Of a stretch of 44,212 nt of DNA, positions 37,106 to 44,212 are shown in pieces. The DNA is from Desulfotignum sp. (GTDB taxonomy: Bacteria > Desulfobacterota > Desulfobacteria > Desulfobacterales > Desulfobacteraceae), in the NCBI GenBank assembly GCA_046482705.1, contig JAWOEP010000327.1, positions 1 through 44,212 of the forward strand. The letters run 5' to 3'. Numbering within the stretch: the stretch's first letter is position 1; each line of letters opens with the position of its first letter. The notes under the pieces are model-generated. The model was not told where the DNA came from and ran no database searches. It saw only the letters and a program-made list of their open reading frames with translations. The position numbers and the translations under genes are program-made.

Positions 37106-38716
37106 ATGTCTTTGAGTGAGAAAAAAAGTCCGGTCATCACATGGGCCAAGCAGTTGACAACCGTTTCAAATCCGGGCCTGACCCGAAAAATAATTACGCA
37201 CTCATGGTTTCTGCGAAACTGGAAACCCATGTCAGTTTATTTGATACTTTTTTTGATGATCGCCCTGGCCGGGCATTTTTTCATCCGGAATACCCAGAAT
37301 GCATTTCGTCAGGAGTTTTTTGAAAAAGGGATTCTGGCAGCGGAAAATACCGGAGAAAAGATCAGGTCCCCATTGCTGGAAAAAGATGTTCTGGCACTGA
37401 ATATAGCAGTGGGAGAACTGCAGAAAAAAATTCAGCCGGTTTTTACTGCCATTGTGGATCATGATGATACCGTTATCGCCCACAGCAATGCCGATCTTAT
37501 TGGTGAAACCTATACAGAACCGGAAAATATGAAAGAAACGGCCATCATGAACGGTATTGCAGTGGACCGGTTTGTGTATGAAGGAACCCCGGTGGTGGGA
37601 TTTTCAAAAGAGCTTTTGTTTTCAAATGTCAAAATCGGCAAGATTATGTTCGGTCTGGATGCAGGTGCTTTGGATGGACCCATGAAAAAATACGACCGCT
37701 TTGTTCTGGCCATATGGATACTCTGCCTGTCCGGATTTTTTATTGCAGTACTTGTTACGGACCGGTATTTGAAAACCAGGCGTTTAAAGGAGATGCAGGC
37801 TTTCAATAATATGGAAAAAGTGGGCCCCTACCGGCTCATACGGCGCATCGCACAGGGAGGTATGGCGGAGTTATATCTGGCGGAATATTTAAGAGATGAT
37901 GGGTTCAAACGGACGGTGGCCATCAAGAAGATTCTGCCCCACCTGGTTGAAAACAAGGATTTTGTGGAGATGTTTATCCGGGAGGCACGGTTGGCTGCAA
38001 ATTTACAGCACCCTAATATTGTACAGATTTATGATTTGATCAAACTGCACAATGCCAGCTTTATCGCCATGGAATATGTTGATGGAAAAAACCTTGCGCA
38101 GATCATGGCACATGAAAAAAAAGGATTACCCGTGGGTCTGGCCATGTTTCTGATTCAGAAAATCAGTCTGGGTCTTTATTATTCGCATACCAGAACCAGT
38201 GAGGAAACCGGTGAACCGCTGAATATCATTCACAGGGACATCAGTCCACAGAACATGCTGATTTCCTTTAAAGGAGAGGTGAAGATAAGTGACTTCGGCA
38301 TTTCCAAGGCCAGATCAGAACCCAGCTTTACCAGGGCAGGGGTGATCAAGGGGAAACTGGCCTATCTGTCACCGGAACAGGCCCTGGGAAAAGAGATAGA
38401 CCATCAGGCAGACCTTTACGCCCTGGGAATCATTTTTTATGAGATCCTGTCCGGCAGGCGGCTGTATAGCTTCAACAACGAACTGGAAGCATTGAGTACC
38501 CTCCCCAAACGGGTTATTCAGCCTGTTATTGAAGTTCGGACCGACATTCCCCCGGCACTCAGTGATATTGTGATGAAGTGCCTGGAAAAAGACAAGTTAC
38601 AGCGCTATTCATCCGGCAGGCAGATATATGATGATTTGGCTGAATTGAAAAAGCGGTTGAACATCTCCTATGACGAATCAAATCTGGCGGATTTCATGAC
38701 GGAGCGATTCAGATAA
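37106..38716 (+). CDS. Membrane Ser/Thr protein kinase (Hanks type) with N-terminal periplasmic sensor; PpkA functional analogue
   Basis: IAQGGMAELY, VAIKKI, EARLAA.LQHPNIV, IIHRDISPQNML, DFGISK, GKLAYLSPEQ and DLYALG motifs; two TMs upstream of the kinase domain; ATG 37106 after GGAG. Confidence 0.93.
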   Translation: MSLSEKKSPVITWAKQLTTVSNPGLTRKIITHSWFLRNWKPMSVYLILFLMIALAGHFFIRNTQNAFRQEFFEKGILAAENTGEKIRSPLLEKDVLALNIAVGELQKKIQPVFTAIVDHDDTVIAHSNADLIGETYTEPENMKETAIMNGIAVDRFVYEGTPVVGFSKELLFSNVKIGKIMFGLDAGALDGPMKKYDRFVLAIWILCLSGFFIAVLVTDRYLKTRRLKEMQAFNNMEKVGPYRLIRRIAQGGMAELYLAEYLRDDGFKRTVAIKKILPHLVENKDFVEMFIREARLAANLQHPNIVQIYDLIKLHNASFIAMEYVDGKNLAQIMAHEKKGLPVGLAMFLIQKISLGLYYSHTRTSEETGEPLNIIHRDISPQNMLISFKGEVKISDFGISKARSEPSFTRAGVIKGKLAYLSPEQALGKEIDHQADLYALGIIFYEILSGRRLYSFNNELEALSTLPKRVIQPVIEVRTDIPPALSDIVMKCLEKDKLQRYSSGRQIYDDLAELKKRLNISYDESNLADFMTERFR

Positions 38717-39442
38717 ATGAACCGATTTGCTATTTACGGTAAAACCGACCCGGGGCGCCGCAGACAAAAAAATGAAGACACCATACTGGTGGATGAAGAC
38801 CGGGGATTCTGTCTTGTAGCGGATGGTATCGGAGGAACTGCGGCCGGAGACATCGCCAGTAAGCTGTTTGCCCGTGCTGCTGAAACCGCTTTTTCCGGGG
38901 CTTCCTATCAGGAAGAGACCCGGTATCAGATCCTGCAGCAGGTTTTTTTGAATGCCAATGAAACCATCTTCACCTATGCCGGCACCCACCCGGGATGTGA
39001 CGGGATGGGATGCACCGCTGAAATGCTGGTTCTGACAGACGATCGTTTCATTTTGGGGCATATCGGTGACAGCCGGACCTACCGGTTCCGGGACGGGCAG
39101 TTCAAGCTGCTGACCGCAGATCATACCCTTGTGAAACAGCAGCTTGATCAGGGGTTGATCACCCGGGAAGAAGCAGATCATCATTCATTCAAAAACGTTA
39201 TTCTCCGGGCCGTGGGAATACAGAAAAATCCGGCCCTGGACGTCCTCAGGGGCCATGTTTATCCGGGGGATATGTTTCTGCTGTGTTCAGATGGTCTGAC
39301 CGACATGGTGGAGGATGATATGATTGAAAACCTTCTTCTTTCTGAAAAAGGAATCAGGGAAAAGGTTGACAGCCTGATTAATGAAGCCAACGACAGAGGA
39401 GGAAAAGATAATATTTCCGTTGTCCTGACCCAAATCCTGTAA
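38717..39442 (+). CDS. PP2C-family Ser/Thr phosphatase (Stp1/PppA-like)
   Basis: TDPGRRR..NED, VADG.GG...G..AS, GMGCT, HIGDSR.Y, LLCSDGL.D and GG.DNISV motifs. Confidence 0.95.
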   Translation: MNRFAIYGKTDPGRRRQKNEDTILVDEDRGFCLVADGIGGTAAGDIASKLFARAAETAFSGASYQEETRYQILQQVFLNANETIFTYAGTHPGCDGMGCTAEMLVLTDDRFILGHIGDSRTYRFRDGQFKLLTADHTLVKQQLDQGLITREEADHHSFKNVILRAVGIQKNPALDVLRGHVYPGDMFLLCSDGLTDMVEDDMIENLLLSEKGIREKVDSLINEANDRGGKDNISVVLTQIL

Positions 39443-39498
39443 TATTTTTTTATACAGATGCGGGGGATTCTCCCATGTCTGACCGGGAAAGTGTGAGA

Positions 39499-39903
39499 TC
39501 ACCCTTCGAACAAAGGAATCTGCAATAGTTTTTCCTTGATTTCTCCTTCGAGCTTCAGGGGCCTGCCGCTGGTGTCGGCGATGACAAAGGTTATATCTGC
39601 ATCAATGCACACCGCGCCTGTGAATTTGTTTACAATCTGCTGCTGGAAAACAGCACTTTTGTTGCCGATTTTTTTGCGGCCGGAGCGGACCAGGACGGTA
39701 TCACCCACCCGGGCAGGACTGCGGTAGGAGATATTGATATTGACCACAAAAAAAGAAAATCCGCTCCCCATGAATGCATCAAGATCCAGGTGGTCCTCCA
39801 GCAGCTGCCAGCGGCCTTCTTCCAGAAATTCAAGATACCTGGCATTGTTTACATGCTGGTACAGGTCTGTGTGATATCCTCTGATTTTAATTTCCGTGTC
39901 CAT
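39499..39903 (-). CDS. Acyl-CoA thioesterase, YbgC/FadM (4HBT hot-dog) family
   Basis: IRGYHTDLYQHVNNARYLEFLEEGRW and VVNINISYR.PA motifs; ATG 39903 after GGGAG. Confidence 0.92.
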   Translation of the reverse strand: MDTEIKIRGYHTDLYQHVNNARYLEFLEEGRWQLLEDHLDLDAFMGSGFSFFVVNINISYRSPARVGDTVLVRSGRKKIGNKSAVFQQQIVNKFTGAVCIDADITFVIADTSGRPLKLEGEIKEKLLQIPLFEG

Positions 39904-40156
39904 TTTCAACTCCCTGAAGGCAATGTATTTACAAGCCGGATATCCTATCACGTGGGTTGTGTTTTTTAAAGAGCATTTTTCATGTTTGCCAAGAGGTTGT
40001 CTCCGGGTGTAAATGTATTTTGCTTATATTGCTACCATGCCGGGTGTTAAAAGCAGGCGGCTGAAATTTTTGGCCTTGAATAAAACCCGGTGATCTGGTT
40101 TAACAAAGGCGCATTTTGTGGATGAGCGGGAAAAGAAACAAACCAAAGGACCCATG

Positions 40157-41713
40157 ATGACAGACCGGCATATTCTGGCCATTGACTGCGGCACCCAGAG
40201 CCTGCGGGCCATGATTTTTTCTGCCCGGGGTGATGTGCTGGCCAGGGTAAAAAAATCGTATTCCCCTTATGTAAGCCCTGTGCCCGGCAGGGCAGAGCAG
40301 GACCCGGAAATTTACTGGAACAGCCTGGGGGCAGCGTGCAGGGAACTGAAGCAGAACATGCCCCGGGTATTTGAAAAAATTGCCGGAGTCGGGGTGACCA
40401 CCCTGCGCAACACACTGGTGAATCTGGATAAGCAGGGCCGGGTCCTCAGGCCGGCCATCACCTGGATGGATCAGCGCCGGGCAGATCACACATTCAAAGG
40501 GACAGGCATTATGGGATGCGGGTTTTTTATCCCGGTGCTGGGGCAGAAATTGAAAGATATCCAGGCACAGGGAAAGTGCAACTGGATCATGCAGCACCAG
40601 GGTGATATCTGGAAAAACACCCACAAATATGTCCAGGTATCCGGATTTCTGCACCACCGGCTCACCGGAGAGTTCGCAGATGCCCTGGCCTGCCAGATCG
40701 GGCATCTGCCCTTTGATTACAAAAAGCAATGCTGGGCAAAAAGTCCCTTCAGCCTGGCAAAAGCGTTGTTTCCTGTGCCTGAAAAAAAACTGCCCCGCCT
40801 GGTCCCGGCAGGGGATATCATCGGCACGGTTTCCCGGTCGGCATCTGATGCCACCGGCATTGCTGCGGGCACACCAGTAGTTGCCTGCGGGTCGGACAAG
40901 GGATGTGAAACCCTGGGGGCAGGGGTCATGGACCGGCACATGGTGAGCCTGAGTTTCGGTACCACTGCCACAGTGCAGACAGCCTCGGACAGGTATTTTG
41001 AAACCCTGCCCCTTATGCCGCCTTATCCTGCGCCCATGCCGGGGTATTACAATCCTGAGGTGGAAATTTTCCGGGGATTCTGGATGATCTCCTGGTTCAA
41101 GGACCAGTTTGCCCATAAAGAGGTGGCAGAGGCACAAGCATTGGGTGTTCCTGCTGAACAGATCCTGGACAGGTGCCTGAAGCAGACATCCCCCGGTGCC
41201 ATGGGCCTCATGGTCCAGCCTTACTGGGGACCGGGTCTGGATTATCCAGGGGCAAAAGGCGCCATGATCGGATTCGGAGATGTACATACCAGGGACCATG
41301 TGTACCGGGCTGTGATTGAGGGCCTGGGATTTGCCCTGCTGGCGGGCATGGAAAAAATTGAGAAAAAATCCGGGGTCCGGGTGGAAAAAGCCGTTGTTTC
41401 CGGGGGGGCATCCCAGAGCGACCGGATTTGCCAGATTGCATCAGATATATTCAACCGGCCCATGGCCCGGGGCCGGACCCATGAAACCAGCGGCCTGGGA
41501 GCTGCCATTATCACGGCCAAAGGGGTGGGCATCTACCCGGATATTGCCGCCGCTGCCGGGCATATGATCCAGGTGAAAACCGTGTTTGAGCCGGATCCGG
41601 ACAATGCAGCCCTGTACCGGCAGCTGTACAGCCGGGTATACCGGAAAATGTATCCGGCCCTGGCGCATTTGTATGCACAGATTCAGAAAATTACAGGATA
41701 TCCGGGAATATGA
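40157..41713 (+). CDS. FGGY-family carbohydrate kinase
   Basis: LAIDCGTQSLRA, AEQDP, RPAI.W.DQRR, GSDKGCE.LG.G, YRAVIEGL, SGG.SQSD...QI..DIF and LGAA motifs. Start 40157/40154 after AAGGA; the track start is 40118. Confidence 0.92.
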   Translation: MTDRHILAIDCGTQSLRAMIFSARGDVLARVKKSYSPYVSPVPGRAEQDPEIYWNSLGAACRELKQNMPRVFEKIAGVGVTTLRNTLVNLDKQGRVLRPAITWMDQRRADHTFKGTGIMGCGFFIPVLGQKLKDIQAQGKCNWIMQHQGDIWKNTHKYVQVSGFLHHRLTGEFADALACQIGHLPFDYKKQCWAKSPFSLAKALFPVPEKKLPRLVPAGDIIGTVSRSASDATGIAAGTPVVACGSDKGCETLGAGVMDRHMVSLSFGTTATVQTASDRYFETLPLMPPYPAPMPGYYNPEVEIFRGFWMISWFKDQFAHKEVAEAQALGVPAEQILDRCLKQTSPGAMGLMVQPYWGPGLDYPGAKGAMIGFGDVHTRDHVYRAVIEGLGFALLAGMEKIEKKSGVRVEKAVVSGGASQSDRICQIASDIFNRPMARGRTHETSGLGAAIITAKGVGIYPDIAAAAGHMIQVKTVFEPDPDNAALYRQLYSRVYRKMYPALAHLYAQIQKITGYPGI

Positions 41714-41836
41714 AATAGGCAGATACAGCCATTTATCTGCATCCTGCAGCAAAAAACACTGTTTCAGCAGGTCATCACAGCCCGTGTTCGCAAAAGCTGA
41801 CACTTTCCAGGCTAATCCCCACGGCGTGGAAAGCAT

Positions 41837-41865
41837 TTGACTCCTGTATGCACCATGGCTACAAT
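41837..41865 (+). promoter_or_regulatory. Near-consensus sigma70 promoter
   Basis: TTGACT (41837-41842), 17-nt spacer, TACAAT (41860-41865). Confidence 0.65.
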
Positions 41866-41872
41866 AAAATCC

Positions 41873-43732
41873 ATGACTGACCGGTTGCAAAAATCCTTCA
41901 TGAATTACCCAAACTGCATTGCTGTATGCTTTTTGACCGGTTTTTTGTTTAAATACAATTATCTGTCAGTGGTCATATATCAGGTGCCGTTTATTGCCGG
42001 CCTGGTGATAAAGAATCTGGTGCTGTTTTTGTTTTTATACCTGTATATACTGCCCCTGCTTGAAAATAGAAAATACAGGCCTCTTGTTTTTGGTTTCCTG
42101 CTGGTTTTCACATTGTTCTGCCTGTCAAATATCTGGTATAATCGATATTTCGGCAACTATCTGAGTCTCAGTGACATGGTGATGGGCCAGGGTGCCAGGC
42201 CTGTCAAGGTCATAGCCAGGCAGTTATTCAGGGTATATGATATACTTTTTGTGCTGGATCTGGTGCTGATCTTTTTGTTTGTCCTGAAAGACAGTGTTTC
42301 CAAGCCGGCAGATAAAATCCGCCCCCGATACAATACAGCCCGGAAAACAGCTGCCGGATTTGCCCTTGTCTGTCTGTTGGGTGCCCAGATAGTGGTGACC
42401 AATTATATTTTGGGCAACAAAAACCCCATGGCCCTGTTTGCCCGGAGCACATCCGCGTTTGTGAATGTATACGGCATTATGCCGCTGTATTTGTTTGAGT
42501 TTTATTCATTTTATCATCCCTATGAACACGAAGTGCCCGGAATCGCGCCGCCGTCTGAAAAAGATGTCCGGATTGACAGAAAAATGATGAAAAAAGATAC
42601 CGGCATACATAATATCATTGTGATACAAGTGGAATCACTGGATCAGAAAATCATCGGCCACAAACACAATGGAAAGGAAATCACACCGTTTTTAAACCGG
42701 TTAAAGAAAAATGCGTTGTATTTTGACAATTTCTACGCCCAGCATGTAAACGGCAGTTTTGATGCGGAATTTTCATTTCTCACCTCCATCTATCCGATTA
42801 ACAAAAATTATGGGTTCAGGATCAATGACTTGTTCGCCTTCACCTCGCTGGTGGATATTTTAAACCGGAAGGGGTATACAACCCTTGCTTTTCACGGCAA
42901 TGACAAAAAATTTTTTCACCGGCACAAGGCATTTTTTGAACTGGGGTTTGACCATTTCTACAGCAGGGAAGATTTTTCATTTTATGATACGGTCATGGAT
43001 GTCAAAAGAACGAATTTCGGCATCAATGATTATGATTTTTTCCTGCAGTCCACTGCATATCTGAAAGCGGCTGATACCCCTTTTTTTGCCTTTTTTATTA
43101 CCGTCACCAGTCATACACCCTATGATTTTTATCCTGATGATCACGGGGGCGGTGAATTTGCGGATGTAAAAAATCTGTTTGTAAGAGATTACTTCAGATC
43201 GATTTCATTTGTGGATAAATCGCTTGAGATGTTTTTCACAAAGCTGGCAGACCTTGATCTTGTTGACAATACACTGTTTGTCTTGTATGCTGATCATGAT
43301 GCAGGTGTAGAAGGAGAGGAATACAGTTCAAAAAGAAAGTTTGTTCTGCACAAAATTGTAAAACCGCCTGAGAATATCCCCTTGTTTATTATTCATCCGG
43401 ATATCAAGCCCGGTGTTGTGAGCAAAGAAGCAACCCAGACCGATCTTGCCCCCACTATTTTGGGCATGCTGGGGGAAAAGGAAAAACCGGAAGAATTTTT
43501 TGGAAATTCATTGCTCCAGAAAGAAAATGCACCGGTAATCTTTGTTCATGAAACCCCCCAGATCCTTTATGAAGGCCAGCTTTTTGCTTTAATGCCCATG
43601 GGTATTGAAAAAATCGGATATGTAAAAAAACAGGGAGAAAAGCAAACAACACTGCCAATGGATAAAGAGCTTGCCGATACCATTGCATATATCCAGGCGA
43701 TTACGCTTGATAGGCGGACCGATTCCCAGTAG
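41873..43732 (+). CDS. LTA synthase family / sulfatase-like membrane phosphoglycerol transferase
   Basis: About 4-5 N-terminal TMs; NIIVIQVESL, EITPFLN.L, GSFDAEF, FHGN...FF.R, T.TSH.PY, YADH and Q.DLAPTIL motifs. Start uncertain (41873 or 41900). Confidence 0.9.
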   Translation: MTDRLQKSFMNYPNCIAVCFLTGFLFKYNYLSVVIYQVPFIAGLVIKNLVLFLFLYLYILPLLENRKYRPLVFGFLLVFTLFCLSNIWYNRYFGNYLSLSDMVMGQGARPVKVIARQLFRVYDILFVLDLVLIFLFVLKDSVSKPADKIRPRYNTARKTAAGFALVCLLGAQIVVTNYILGNKNPMALFARSTSAFVNVYGIMPLYLFEFYSFYHPYEHEVPGIAPPSEKDVRIDRKMMKKDTGIHNIIVIQVESLDQKIIGHKHNGKEITPFLNRLKKNALYFDNFYAQHVNGSFDAEFSFLTSIYPINKNYGFRINDLFAFTSLVDILNRKGYTTLAFHGNDKKFFHRHKAFFELGFDHFYSREDFSFYDTVMDVKRTNFGINDYDFFLQSTAYLKAADTPFFAFFITVTSHTPYDFYPDDHGGGEFADVKNLFVRDYFRSISFVDKSLEMFFTKLADLDLVDNTLFVLYADHDAGVEGEEYSSKRKFVLHKIVKPPENIPLFIIHPDIKPGVVSKEATQTDLAPTILGMLGEKEKPEEFFGNSLLQKENAPVIFVHETPQILYEGQLFALMPMGIEKIGYVKKQGEKQTTLPMDKELADTIAYIQAITLDRRTDSQ

Positions 43733-43767
43733 AAGCCGGGTTTGACAGGGGTGTGTTGGCGCTGTAC

Positions 43768-44133
43768 ATGACAAGAGAAATCAAAAGAAAATCATTGCAC
43801 CTGGCAGCTGCAGCCTTGCCGGTGGCCCTGATCCACGTACCGGAAAACATCGCGGTTATCTTGCTGGTGATATTTGCATTGTTGAATGTTTTAATGGACC
43901 GGTTCAAAAATCAGCTGCCCCCTCTGGGCAGAATCTATACTTTTCTTTTTAATGATATATTACGGGATCATGAAAAAAAAGGCGGATTTACCGGGTCCAC
44001 CTGTTTTTTTGTTTCTCTGGCCCTTTCTTATGTGGTTTTCTGTGCAGGGTTATCCATGCCGGTTCAGTGGCTGGCTGTTATTTATACCGGTTTCATGCTC
44101 GGTGATGCAGCTGCTGCCCTTGGTTTGTTTTGA
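43768..44133 (+). pseudogene. SEC59/DGK1/VTE5-type (CTP-dependent polyprenol/diacylglycerol kinase) membrane protein, apparently C-terminally truncated
   Basis: EIKRKSLHL, LRDHE...FTGS..F and GDAAAAL motifs are present, but the ORF stops 3 codons later and lacks the usual G..FG...KS.EG region. Confidence 0.6.
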
Positions 44134-44212
44134 GGTCGATGAGGCGTTACCGGATATATCTATGTATAAAAGCGTGATAGCTTTTGGGGAAGCAGAAATA
44201 ATCGATTCCAAG

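Noticed and set aside
40100-41299. Long antisense ORFs (this 399-aa one; also 22491-23444, 25662-26540, 20207-20938)
   Set aside because: They are shadow ORFs opposite well-supported genes and have no motifs of their own.
1-44212. Mobile-element signatures bounding the T6SS (integrase, transposase, tRNA, direct repeats)
   Set aside because: None seen; no tRNA or rRNA recognised in the window.

Overview
A 44-kb chromosomal segment, probably from a Desulfobacterales-type deltaproteobacterium (inferred from gene content and protein style, not proven). It is dominated by a complete type VI secretion system (T6SS) locus at ~3.9-39.4 kb, laid out in three parts. (1) A + strand membrane-complex operon: an unknown Cys-rich protein, a stand-alone TagH C-terminal-like domain, then tssJ-K-L-M-tagF. 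(2) A converging - strand block: polysaccharide deacetylase, TPR/LysM lipoprotein, dual-FHA protein, tssA-B-C-tagJ-tssE-F-G-H-hcp-vgrG, then a cargo module (DUF4123, DUF4280/PAAR-like, a small adaptor-like protein, a lysine-free Ala/Gln 11-mer-repeat protein, an orphan protein, a PKMT-like SAM methyltransferase and a Cys-rich peptide). (3) A divergent sensor / Ser-Thr kinase / PP2C operon. Flanking genes: DEAD-box helicase (partial), FeS/DUF3786 protein, an orphan resembling the BrxC C-terminus, cupin, thioesterase, FGGY kinase, LTA-synthase-family protein and a truncated polyprenol/DAG kinase. The most striking signal is the end of vgrG, P-F-C-D-L-[TGA]-P-T-[TAA] followed by a bSECIS-like hairpin, which suggests a selenocysteine (CxxU) VgrG spike. 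Other signals: Lys-depleted cargo next to a putative lysine methyltransferase, and a re-wired Thr-phosphorylation pathway (split TagH, repeated T-x-x-hydrophobic motifs, receptor-topology kinase with a kinase-less paralog). All family calls come from motif recognition by eye; no database searches were run.
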